DNA from: Eledone cirrhosa
Taxonomy: Eukaryota
NCBI GenBank assembly: GCA_964016885.1
Contig: OZ024761.1
Coordinates: 1,240,001 to 1,304,000, forward strand
Direction: 5' to 3'
Length of the DNA: 64,000 nucleotides
This document shows, in pieces, positions 12,826 through 26,413 of this stretch. Under the pieces are notes generated by a model. That model was not told the DNA's origin. It was given only the letters and a program-made list of their open reading frames with translations, and made no database searches. The position numbers and the translations under genes are program-made. The stretch's first letter is position 1; every line of letters begins with the position of its first letter.

Positions 12826-15018
12826 AAGAACAAAAGATGGTTAAAAGAGTTCCATGTATTTTATTATGCGCACTTCAAAAACAAATATCATCATGCAATA
12901 ATATTTGTGTTTTCATCAGATAAAACATGAAGACATGATATGAAGGTTAAAAAACACTTGTGGGTAGTTCAGTTTTAAATCAACATATGAGAAGTAGTTT
13001 TAGATTGATGTGTGATATTGGGAAAAATATTTTATTTAGAGGGGGGGTGGGTGGAAAGGATGAAAAAGAGGAGGAGATGAGAGTAAAAAGTGGAGAGGGA
13101 GGAGTATAATGAGGAAGGATGAGATAGGAGGAGAGATGGGTGATAGAGAGAGAGAGATAGCTTTTATAACTGAGAAAGATATATTGTTTTACATAGAGAG
13201 GTTGAAAACCGTTGGAAGATAATGAATAAATTAAAAGAATTTGAAAATTAACGAAGAGAAAAATAATGTAAAGTTAAGGTTTGTATATTGAGGGGTTTGA
13301 TAATATGTGCGATGAAAAGAAAATGTTAATATGTATTAAGAATAATGTTTAAGGGTTTAATAATATGTGCGATGTTAAGAAAATGTTGATATGTATTATT
13401 AAAAGGGACAACAGGTTATTTAAGTAAGGAAATATTGTGAGATGAGCATGGATGAGTTAGATGAAAGGGAGAAAAGAATAATGAATTGAGGATGAATAAT
13501 CTAACGTAAAAAAAATGTATATGTTTACGAAGGATTTTTACAAGGTGATATAGAGTAAGAATGTATTGTATTATGTAATAATTGATTCTAAGTTAGGCAA
13601 GAGTGAGAAAAGGTACAGATTAGGGGTTAGACATTAAAAGAAGAAGAGAAGAAAGGGAAGTGATAAATAGGAACGATGTAGAATGAGTAACAAGTATTAT
13701 AGAATGTATAATAACCTTTGAAATGAGGTAGAAAGATGGGTATATTTTTAAAAGAAGTGTATATATATATATATATATATATGTGCCTTTGAGAAAAAGA
13801 TTCTAAATTGATAAAGAATTGAATATTAGCTGTATACTTTGTGAAATGTTTTATGGAATTTATGCAAGCAGATAGAAAACAAGTCAGTGCGTCTATTTAT
13901 TATAGAATCTAAATTAGAAATAATGGTAAATTTTTCATTTAGACAGAGATTGCAAATTTTGGATAGAGAACTGTTCAAGTATGGAGACGCAGAAGAAACC
14001 TTCTTCCAAAAGATGTTATATTTAATATTTTTGTCTTTCAAGGACCATATGAGTTCTGAGAGAGCTGTGTTGGTTCTTTTAAGTTTGTATTTAAAAGATG
14101 AATGATGGTTATAAAGACGAGCTTTAAAAGAGGTGGAAGTGGAGCCAAAATAGGTGAAGGAATTGGTGTCAGTTATAACTTTACATTCGTAAATTAAGTT
14201 TTTATCAAGACAATGGTTGTTGAGAGGACATTTATTTTTAATAGGGCAATTGCAATTTCGATTAGAGAGATTATTAATGAGTGACCTAGTGTTATCTATA
14301 GAAGGAATTGGATTGGAGAAGTTATTTGCGATAGGAATAATAGTTTCTTGATTTAGAATGGGATTAAGAACATTTAGCGAAGTTGTGTTTGACGTTGTAT
14401 TGGGGTTTGTAGAAATTAGCCTAGGGTTTACAATGACGTCGGGAGTACTATTATTATGATATTCAGTATTGGAAGGAAGAGATTTAGTATTTAGTATTTT
14501 ATTGTTGTGTTTAGAGATAATGTTGGAAATGTTGGAGGATGTAGAATAGGAAAATTTTATAGTGTGTTTGTTAAATATTTTACTATAGATATGTGAGGGA
14601 GGGAAGCATTTATTTAAAGCACTAAAGAATAATTTAGGAATATTATTATTAATAGAGATGGAGAAAGGAGCATTATACCAGATTATGTTTTTGTATCTAG
14701 GTCTTTTATTAAAGTTATTGGAATGATCAAGATTAATTATTCTACTGTAATTTCTTCTAGAATTTGTTTCTTTACTATATGTAATTTTATCAGGATAGCC
14801 AGCTTTAGAAAGCGTGTTATTATAGTAATTGGCGTTAGCATCAAAGATGTTTTTATTAGAAGATAGGTTAGATATTCTTTTCCCAATATTACTAACTATA
14901 ACATTCTTGATATTAGTAGGAAGGTTAGATTTAAAGTTAACATAATTTAGGTTCTCATTGTTTTTATGGTAAGGGTAATATAGGCTTTATTGTACTACAA
15001 TAAAACTCACCTCCTACA
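12826..15018 (-). mobile_element. Penelope-like element, 5'-truncated: RT C-terminus, GIY-YIG endonuclease, 3'UTR and pLTR with hammerhead
   Basis: Minus strand encodes …IIWYNAPFS…CFPPSHIYSKIFNKHTIKFSYS…CNCPIKNKCPLNNHCLDKNLIYECKV…TYFGSTSTSFKARLYNHHSSF…TALSELIW…CNLCLNEK. Confidence 0.9.
12859..12925 (-). ncRNA. Type-I hammerhead motif at the 3' pLTR of the Penelope element
   Basis: TTTTAT-CTGATGA-[ACAAATAT…ATATTTGT stem II]-GAAG-TGCGCA-TA-ATAAAA. A15.1 is G here; overlaps AATAAA. Confidence 0.7.
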
Positions 15019-15051
15019 TTATGTATATATATATGTATATATATGTACATA

Positions 15052-15085
<34 letters not shown>

Positions 15086-15096
15086 CATATATATAC

Positions 15097-15127
<31 letters not shown>

Positions 15128-15209
15128 CATATATATATATATACATATATATATATACATATACATATATATATATATATATATATATGTATATGTATAT
15201 ATATATATG

Positions 15210-15296
<87 letters not shown>

Positions 15297-15426
15297 GTAT
15301 ATATATATGTATATATATGTATATATATATATATGTATATATATATATACATATATATATACATATATATATACATATATATACACATATATATATACAT
15401 ATATATATATATATACATATATATAC

Positions 15427-15577
<151 letters not shown>

Positions 15578-15798
15578 TACATATATATATACATATATAT
15601 ATACATATATAAATATATATATATACATATATATATACATATATATATGCATATATATATACATATATATATATATACATATATAAATATATATATACAT
15701 ATATATATACATATATATATATATACATATATATATACATATATATATATATACATATATATATATACATATATATATATATACATATATATATATAC

Positions 15799-16671
15799 AG
15801 AGAGCTTATACCACTATTAACCGCTAAAGGGTTCTCCCTAAAAATGAAAGGCAGGCTGTATGATGCCTGCATACGAACAGCAATGTTGCATGGCAGTGAA
15901 ACCTGGGCATTGTGTGCAGAGGATATACGCAGACTAGAGAGGAACGAAGCTTGCATGCTCCGCTGGATGTGCAATAGTAATATACGTGAACGGCAAAGCA
16001 TAAACGAACTAAGGAAAAAATTAGAAATAAGAGGGATCAGATGTTGTTTACTCGAGAGAAGGCTACGTTGGTATGGTCACGTGATGCGCATGAAAGACGA
16101 TAGCTGTATAACAAAGTGCAGGGCAATAAAGATAGACGGTAGCCACGGAGTAGGCAGACCCAGAAAAACCTGGGACGAGCTGATAAATTCCGACCTCACA
16201 CACTTACACCTCTCCAAGACAATGTCACTGGACCGAGACCTTTGATGGTACTCAGTAATAGAGAAGACCCGCCTTACCTAAATACAAAGTAAAACCTACT
16301 ACAGTCAGTAGGCATCTCTAACAAAATACACCACCGTCCCACCACCCCCATCCCATCCACACCGCCCCTTTCAATGTAAAGTTATGTTGGTGCCACAACA
16401 TCCAGGCCGAAACAAATGAGATTGTGTAGGTGTCACAACAAAAAAACACACAGTCCACGCTGTAATGTGGCCGTGTAGGCAACATGGTAAAAACCTCCCA
16501 GCCCCACACTGTAAATGTGGTTGGTGTTAGGAAGGGCATCCAGCTGTAGAAAACCCGCCAGACAGTCCTATGCGAGCAAGACAATCACTCTTGCCTCAAG
16601 TGGGAAAACCCCCGTCCAAACCCATGCAAGCGTGGAACACGGACGTTAAACGTTGATGATGATGATGATGA
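15799..16671 (+). mobile_element. RTE family A 3' fragment with 3'UTR and (GAT)n tail
   Basis: ORF 15844-16245 ([20 protein letters not shown]…GRPRKTW) is nearly identical to 4780-5220. Confidence 0.95.
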
Positions 16672-16699
16672 TACATATATATATATATACATATACATA

Positions 16700-16750
<51 letters not shown>

Positions 16751-16779
16751 GTATATATATGTATATATATATGTATATA

Positions 16780-17190
16780 AGGGAGAGATGACCCCTTAGC
16801 CTTTGTCAAGGCAGAATTCTAGGAGAAGGAAAACTCTGATATAACATCTGCAACTCTGATGGTATCCAATGATGTTGACTTGTTCTTCTTTTTGGTAAAT
16901 ATCATCTTGGTTAAGAGAGTGGGACTGGCTTTGTGCAGTGCCTTTGCTCACTATAAAAGCTTCACGGCACAGGCATTGCTTTATATCTGGAGATCTCCCT
17001 GCACTTGTCGTCACATGATACCATGGGCCCAGCACTAAGTGTCAATAATTGTCACAAGTGTAGTGTTTGTACCAGAGTTTTCAAGTCGCTGGCTGGACTA
17101 AAAAGTCACACTCGTTCAGCGCATCGATAGGGGTTCTCCTACATGGATATAAAGCAGTGGCCGTACTCGAAAACGAGTTGGCAGCCACCA
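16780..17190 (+). mobile_element. 5'-truncated copy of the bipartite RTE-derived element
   Basis: Matches 19488-19893 and has the same 3' end. Confidence 0.85.
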
Positions 17191-17262
17191 TATATATATA
17201 TATGTATATATATATGTATATGTATATATGTATATATATATGTATATATGTATATATATATG

Positions 17263-17327
<65 letters not shown>

Positions 17328-17396
17328 GTATATATATATATGTATATATATATGTATATATGTATATATATGTATATATATATGTATATATATATG

Positions 17397-17429
<33 letters not shown>

Positions 17430-17498
17430 GTATATATTTATATATATATGTATATATATATATGTATATATATATGTATATATATATGTATATATATG

Positions 17499-17574
<76 letters not shown>

Positions 17575-17624
17575 TGTATATATATGTATATATATGTATA
17601 TATGTATATATATGTATATATATG

Positions 17625-17676
<52 letters not shown>

Positions 17677-17683
17677 CATAATC

Positions 17684-19248
17684 AATCAGGCTATATATGG
17701 TGGTGTCATACCCAAAGACTGGTGCAGCAGTATTCTCATAAATTGCTACAAAGGTAAAGGGGATGCTTTGGAGAGGAGCAATTATAGGGGTATAAAACTG
17801 ATAGATCAGGTTATGAAAGTGGCATAAAGGATTTTAGCACAACTAATTAAAGAAAGGGTCAAACTAGATGAGATGCAGTTTGGTTTTGTGCCTGGGAAGA
17901 GTACAACAGATGCCCTCTTCTTGGTGAGACAAATGCAAGAGAGGTTCTTAGAGAAGAATAAGCCACTATACTTAGCCTTTGTTGACCTAGAGAAGGCCTT
18001 TGATAGGGTACCCCGATCTGTCATCTGGTGGTCCCTAAGGAAGCTGGGTGTTGAGGAATGGCTTGTAAGGACAGTGCAAACTTTGTACAGAGGTACTCTC
18101 AGTAAAGTCAGGGTAGGAATGGAGTTTAGTGAGGAATTCCAGATACAAGTAGGAGTACATCAGGGTTCGGTCCTCAGCCCGCTCTTGTTCATTATAGTCC
18201 TCCAAGCCATAACAGAGGAGTTTAAGACTGGCTGTCCATGGGAACTTCTCTATGCTGACGATGTGGCTCTTATGGCAGAATCAGTAGAGGAGCTAGAGAA
18301 TAAATTCCGGCTATGGAAACAGCAGTTGGAAGCAAGAGGACTGAGAGTAAATCTAGCTAAGACAAAAGTGTTGATGAGTAGAAAAGAGGACAAAACCCTG
18401 ATTCCGTCAGGGAAATGGCCATGTTCGATATGCAGAAAAGGAACTGGCATAAATTCTATAAAATGCACACAATGTAGGTCCTGGGTACACAAGAGATGTA
18501 GCGGGATAGCAGGCAAACTAACAGGTAGGGAGAAATATGTATGCAGTAGATGTACAGGGAAATTAGACAGTAGAAGTCGCACTGATAGACACATTTTTCA
18601 AATGCGAGAGGGCGCTATAGAAGTGGTGGATAGCTTCCGGTACCTAGGAGATCAGATTAGCATGGGAGGAGGGTGTTCCGAGGCCATAGTATCTAGAATA
18701 AGGACGGGTTGGAAGAAGTTTAGGGAGCTGCTTCCTCTGTTGACGAAGAAGGGTTTCTCCCTGTGTACGAAAGGCCGGTTGTATGATGCCTGTGTGAGGA
18801 GCGCGATGCTGCATGGTAGTGAGACATGGGCAGCTACCGCAGAAGATATGCGACGGCTGGAGAGAAATGAGGCAAGTATGCTCCGTTGGATGTGCAGTGT
18901 AAATGTGCGTGAACGACCCAGCATAAATGTGTTGAGAGAGAAACTGTGTCTGAGAGGGATAGAATGTAGTGTACGGGAGAGGAGACTGAGGTGGTATGGA
19001 CATGTGATGCGCATGGAGGATGACCGATAGGTGAAGAAGTGCCAGGAAATGCCAGTTGAAGGAAGACGTGGTAGAGGTAGACCACGAAAAACATGGGCGG
19101 AGGTGGTGAGAACAGACCTCAGATCATTGAAGCTCACGGTGGAGATGACGAGGGACCGTGACGAGTGGAGAGATGCTGTGCTGAATAAGACCCGTCCCAC
19201 CCTTGCAAGCAGGGAAAAGCGGACGTAAAATGATGATGATGATGATGA
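17684..19248 (+). mobile_element. 5'-truncated RTE LINE family C (RT domain with PHD-like insert, short 3'UTR, (GAT)n tail); premature stops
   Basis: ORF 17873-19030: [47 protein letters not shown]. Confidence 0.95.
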
Positions 19249-19287
19249 TATATATGTATATATATATGTATATATATATGTATATAT

Positions 19288-19893
19288 GTCAGGTCACCAG
19301 TTGGTGCTACTGGTAACATGTATCCCAGTACAACCTGTCCCATGGTCGGGTCGTTGGCGACTAAACTGGCAACCCCACCAAGGTTTCTTGGTGAGGAGGG
19401 TGACTTTGGACATCCTGCAGGACTAAAAACAAAACCTGTCAAAGGGCAAAGGAGCTCTTAAGAGTCAATGGCCATCCAAAATCACCGGGAGAGATGACCC
19501 CTTAGCCTTTGTCAAGGCAGAATTCTAGGAGAAGGAAAACTCTGATATAACACCTGCAACCCTGATGGTATCCAATGATGTTGACTTGTTCTTCTTTTTG
19601 GTAAATATCATCTTGGTTAAGAGAGTGGGACTGGCTTTGTGCAGTGCCTTTGCTCACTATAAAAGCTTCACGGCACAGGCATTGCTTTATATCTGGAGAT
19701 CTCTCTGCACTTGTCGTCACATGGTACCATGGGCCCAGCACTATGTGTCAATAATTGTCACAAGTGTAGTGTTTGTACCAGAGTTTTCAAGTCCCTGGCT
19801 GGACTAAAAAGTCACTCGTTCAGCGCATCGGTAGGGGTTCTCCTACATGGATATAAAGTAGTGGCCGTACTCGAAAACGAGTTGGCAGCCACC
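19288..19893 (+). mobile_element. Full-length bipartite RTE-derived element
   Basis: Same sequence and ends as 10110-10718. Confidence 0.85.
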
Positions 19894-19982
19894 ATATATG
19901 TATATATATATGTATATATATATGTATACATATATATATGTATATATATGTATATATGTATATATATATGTATATATATATA

Positions 19983-20376
19983 TGGTGGCTGCCAACTCGT
20001 TTTCGAGTACGGCCACTACTTTATATCCATGTAGGAGAACCCCTACCGATGCGCTGAACGAGTGTGACTTTTTAGTCCAGCCAGCGACTTGAAAGCTCTG
20101 GTACAAACACTACACTTGTGACAATTATTGACACATAGTGCTGGGCCCATGGTACCATGTGACGACAAATGCAGAGAGATCTCCAGATATAAAGCAATGC
20201 CTGTGCCGTGAAGCTTTTATAGTGAGCAAAGGCACTGCACAAAGCCAGTCCCACTCTCTTAACCAAGATGATATTTACCAAAAAGAAGAAGAAGTCAACA
20301 TCATTGGATACCATCAGGGTTGCAGGTGTTATATCAGAGTTTTCCTTCTCCTAGAATTCTGCCTTGACAAAGGCTA
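19983..20376 (-). mobile_element. 5'-truncated bipartite RTE-derived element, tail-to-tail with the previous copy
   Basis: Inverted match to 19504-19893. Confidence 0.85.
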
Positions 20377-20455
20377 CATATATATATACATATATATATA
20401 TATACATATATACATATATACATATATACATATATACATATATACATATATATAC

Positions 20456-20637
20456 ATGGGAGCCCCTACATGGACACACTGGAAGAGGAAGACGAAGGTT
20501 GACGTATGTTGATGCCCTAAGGACAGACACTGGTCTGTTGGAGACGCAGGATATGGCAGCGATAATGATGGACAGAGACCGCTGGAGAGAACTCGTCCAT
20601 GGATCTCGGGAATTTCACCCGCCTTAGATAGATAGAT
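20456..20637 (+). mobile_element. RTE family B 3' end with (TAGA)n tail
   Basis: [12 protein letters not shown]…[18 protein letters not shown] matches 3680-3850. Confidence 0.9.
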
Positions 20638-20651
20638 ATATATGTATATAG

Positions 20652-20683
<32 letters not shown>

Positions 20684-20737
20684 GTATATATATATGTATG
20701 TATATATATATATATATATGTATATATATGTATATAG

Positions 20738-20771
<34 letters not shown>

Positions 20772-20788
20772 GTATATATATATGTATG

Positions 20789-20839
<51 letters not shown>

Positions 20840-20854
20840 GTATACATATGTATG

Positions 20855-20907
<53 letters not shown>

Positions 20908-20920
20908 GTATATATATATG

Positions 20921-21016
<96 letters not shown>

Positions 21017-21031
21017 ATATATATATGTATG

Positions 21032-21066
<35 letters not shown>

Positions 21067-21083
21067 GTATATATATATGTATG

Positions 21084-21114
<31 letters not shown>

Positions 21115-21131
21115 GTATATATATATGTATG

Positions 21132-21162
<31 letters not shown>

Positions 21163-21637
21163 GTATATATATATGTATATATATATGTATATATATATGT
21201 ATATATATATGCATATATATATGTATGTATATATATATGTATATATATATGTATGTATATATATATATATGTATATATATATGTATATATATATGTATGT
21301 ATATATATATATGTATATATATATGTATATATATATGTATGTATATATATATACATATATATATACATAACCTCATTTATTTAGGACTGGATGTTGTGGT
21401 ACCAACATAGCTTTACATCGAAAGAGGTGGTGTGTCATCATTATTATCATTCCCGAGGTTAACTTTGCCTTTCATCCTTACGGGGTGGATAAAATAAAGT
21501 ACCAGTGATACACTGGGGTAATTGCTAGCCTTGTGCCAACAGTAGAAACAATTATTATCATTCTTGTGGTAACTAAAACCACTACCACCACCAACAACAA
21601 CAGCAACAACGACCACAACACCACCACCACCACCACC

Positions 21638-21674
<37 letters not shown>

Positions 21675-21738
21675 ACAGCAGCATTATTCATTGTCTCCAA
21701 GCCATCCAACAAAGTGAGCAGTTAGGTTTCTGTGTTGG

Positions 21739-22128
21739 CACAAACACGCGCACAAAGAGAGACACACTCACACAGACATACACACCAACACACACACACA
21801 CACAGACACACACAGACACACATAGTCACACACATTCACACACTGACACACACACACACACACTCACACAGACACACACACACAGACACACATAGTCACA
21901 CACATACACACACTGACACACACACACACACACTCACACAGACACACACACACAGACACACATAGTCACACACATACACACACTGACACACACACACACA
22001 CACACTCACACAGACACACACACAGGCACACACACACACACACAGTCACACAGAGACACGCCGACACAGACATACACACCAACACACACACACATACACA
22101 CACTAACACAGACACAGACACACACACA

Positions 22129-22162
<34 letters not shown>

Positions 22163-22376
22163 CACACACACAGATACACACAGTCACACAGAGAGACACA
22201 CTCACACAGAGGCACAATGACACAGACACACTCACACAGACACAGACACACACACACACACACTCAGATACACATGGTCACACAGAGAGACACACTCACA
22301 CAGACATACACAGAGAGACAGACATACAGCCAGATACACAAACAGACAGAGATGCAAGGACAGATATACACACAGA
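21739..22376. repeat. (CA/GA)n compound microsatellite with ~70-bp internal duplication
   Basis: catagtcacacaca… recurs at 21821, 21891 and 21961. Confidence 0.9.
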
Positions 22377-22387
22377 CGTACTGAGAG

Positions 22388-22431
22388 ATGGCAGCACTGC
22401 AGCTAGTTGCCACTGAGAGGATTTTTACTAT

Positions 22432-22464
<33 letters not shown>

Positions 22465-22481
22465 TACTACTACTACTGAAG
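22388..22481 (+). CDS. Candidate upstream exon of the zinc-finger gene (MAALQLVATERIFTI-polyThr-E)
   Basis: ATG at 22388 is open to a consensus donor AAG|GTAAGT at 22481/22482. The phase-1 junction joins in frame to the acceptor at 34777 (G+TG TTT GAC). Unique sequence between microsatellites; could equally be a 5'UTR exon. Confidence 0.35.
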
Positions 22482-22577
22482 GTAAGTGTTAAAACACACA
22501 GATTGCCTGTTCTTCATTGTTACTAGTATATATAATATATATATATTTACAGGCACATACATATATACATATAAATA

Positions 22578-22624
<47 letters not shown>

Positions 22625-22770
22625 GCACACACATATATACATATATAAATATATATATATATGTGTGTATATATATACACACACACACAGATATTTATAT
22701 ATATAGACATGAATATTTATAAGTATATATATATATATATATATATATACATTGTCCAACCCATGCCATG

Positions 22771-22807
<37 letters not shown>

Positions 22808-22958
22808 ATATATGTATATATATGTATATATATGTATATATATCATGTATATGTGTCTGTATATGCGTTTATACATGCATGTATATATATATACATGTAT
22901 ATGTGTATGTTTGTATATATGTGTTTATACATGTATGTATATATATATATATACACAA

Positions 22959-23060
<102 letters not shown>

Positions 23061-23141
23061 ATATGTAAAAAGTAAACAGAAATAACAAAGCCACCGGCAC
23101 AGTACAATGAAATACGAGGAAAAGAGTATTAACATTTCAGG

Positions 23142-23209
<68 letters not shown>

Positions 23210-23241
23210 ATATGTATTTATGTGTGAATGTATCTTTCATT

Positions 23242-23336
<95 letters not shown>

Positions 23337-23519
23337 GGAAAATTTGAACAGGAACAAAACAGAGAGGCAGTACAACGAATGTTTATTAATTTCACGCTCT
23401 TGAGAGTGGGGTGGTGGTCGGGAACAACGTTTCGGGCATAAGCCCTTCTTAGGCAATCGTGAACAAAAAAATCATAGAAATAAAATTGTAAGAACACAGG
23501 CAAAAAATCATATACGGAA

Positions 23520-23583
<64 letters not shown>

Positions 23584-24287
23584 ATATATATATATATTTG
23601 TATATATATATATATACTTAATATATAGATAAGATGTTACTAATTTTGACTAGTAAGACCCTTATTCATCTTAGTATTCAATGCTTTAAAGAAAGTAGAA
23701 TGTAGATATTATTATAAACCATGCAGGCCCTATGGTCAAGCTTTTGGATGGTTAAACGGTTTAAGTTTGACTGTTGGGCCTGTATGCCTCTTAATAATAT
23801 GTATACACATACAGACACACATATACACACATATGCATATATTACAACATACCACAGTTGATATTGCAAATAATACAAACATACATCTTTACACACAAAC
23901 ACACACACATATATATATATGTATGCATATATACAAACATACACACACACTAACAGTGAGTGTGTTTTATTATATATTTCTGGCAATATTATAACATGAC
24001 CCTCCCCAAATATAACAATATATATACACTGACATACACATATATATAATACATATATACAAATACATGCACTTATATTCACACACATATGCATATATAC
24101 ACAGACAGACACATACACATACACACACATTCATTCATACACTCATACATATATGGTTATATACATTTTCCCTTCCTCAGTAATGTGTAATAATAAAACC
24201 CTGAGATGACCAGTGGAAATTTCATGTTTTAGAAATCCCACCCGATTTATGTTGATTCATACATTTTCAAGTTATTATGCCATGATG

Positions 24288-25030
24288 TTGAGTTCAAATC
24301 CTGCCAAGGATAGCTTTGCCTTTCGTCCATATAAGGTCGATAAAATAAATTACCAGTAATGCACTGGGGTCAATTTAATCGACTTTCCCCTACCCCAAAA
24401 TTGTTGGCCTTGTGCCAAAATCAGAAACCATTATTCCATCATGTTAAAATAAATATTTAGTTTATGTCTTTGATGTCATTCCATAGTTTATGGCTGTTAA
24501 AAACATATCACTGAACTGCTTTTTTGTTTTTTTTGTTATAGATTTTGTTTATGTCTTAAATGTTGTTCCATAGCTTTTTAGGTTTTTGAAAGTGAACACT
24601 TGAATATGTTTTATTTCCTTCCATAGATTGGCAGTATCGGTAGAGGGTCGGACAACATGCTTTGCAGCATAGAGTTACGGTCCTTTATGGTCTGAGTTCA
24701 AATCCTGCCGAGGTTAACTTTACCTTTCATCCTTACGGGGTCAATAAAGTAAAGTACCAGAAACGTACTGGGGTCGATTTAATCGACTCTCCACTCCCCC
24801 CAAATTATTGGTCTTATGCCTAAATTAGAAATCATTATTTACAGATTGGCAGTATCGGTAGGGAGTCGGACGCCATGCTTTGCAGCATAGAGTTGCGGCC
24901 CTTTATGATCTGAGTTCAAATCCTGCCGAGGTTAACTTTACCTTTCATCCTTACGGGGTCGATAAAATAAAGTACCAGTAATACACTGGTTAATTGCTGG
25001 CCTTGTGCCTAAAGTAGAAACAATTATTTA
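24288..25030 (+). mobile_element. Cluster of tRNA-related SINE copies, including a head-to-tail dimer (24625-24840, 24843-25030)
   Basis: gattggcagtatcggtag (A-box-like) … gagttcaaatcc (B-box) … common 3' body. Confidence 0.85.
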
Positions 25031-25045
25031 CTTTATAGATTAGCA

Positions 25046-25083
<38 letters not shown>

Positions 25084-25393
25084 ATAATAATAAATTTGAA
25101 GACTAATATATATATATATATACACAAACACACATGGTGTATTATTATGGTTGGCACATGTGTTTCAGAACTGAAATAGTTGAATATATTGTAGCTGACA
25201 CAAATGTGTGTTTCTATGTGTATATCTGAATGTATATATCTTTATGTGTGTGTATGTATATAGTTATATGTCTGTGTGTGTATATATAGGTTTATATGTG
25301 TGTGTGTGTGCATGTGTATGTATATCTTTGTATAAATAAGTGATGTGTATTTCTATATGTATGTTTACGTACACACATATGCATATATATATA

Positions 25394-26014
25394 TCATCAT
25401 CATCGTCATCATCATCATTTTACGTCCTCTTTTCCCTGCTTGCAAGGGTTGGACGGGTCCTATTCAGCACACTTGTCATGGTCCTTCGTCATCTCGGTGA
25501 GTTTCAGCAATCTGAGGTCTGCTCTCACCACCTCCACCCATGTTTTTCGTGGTCTATCTCTACCACGTCTTCCTTCAACTGGCATTTCCTGGCACTTCTT
25601 CACCCATCGGTCATACTCCATGCGCATCACACGTCCATACCATCTCAGCCTTCTCTCCTGCACACCACAACTTATCCCTCTTATACCCAGTTTCTTTCTC
25701 AACTCGTCCATGCTTGGTCGTTCACGCACATTGGCATTGCACATCCAATGGAGCATGCTTGCTTCATTTCTCTCCAACCGTCGCATATCTTCTGCAGTTG
25801 CTGCCCATGTCTCACTACCATGCAGCATCGCGTATCTCACACAGGCATCATATAACCGTCCTTTCGTACGCAGGGGGAAACTCTTCTTTGTCAACAGAGG
25901 AAGCAGCTCCCTAAACTTCTTCCAACCCATCCTTACTCTAGATACTATGGCTTCGGAACCCCTCCCCCTTCCTATGCTAATCTGATCACCTAGGTACCGT
26001 AAGCTATCAACCGC
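25394..26014 (-). mobile_element. RTE family C 3' fragment
   Basis: ORF 25460-26038 is homologous to 18630-19200. Confidence 0.95.
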
Positions 26015-26212
26015 ATGCATATATATATATATATGCATGCGGTTGATAGCTTACAGTACCTAGGTGATCAGCATATATATATATATATATATGCATGATG
26101 CTGTCCTATGCGAGCATGACACAGTCACCCGATCAATCTAACCCATGCTAGCGTGGAAGATAGACGTTAAACGACTACGATGACGACGATAATGATGATG
26201 ATGATGATGATG

Positions 26213-26246
<34 letters not shown>

Positions 26247-26260
26247 GCACACATCACCAC

Positions 26261-26330
<70 letters not shown>

Positions 26331-26341
26331 TTGGTGTTGGA

Positions 26342-26384
<43 letters not shown>

Positions 26385-26413
26385 GTGGTGATGTTGAGTG
26401 CCCCTCTCTCTCT

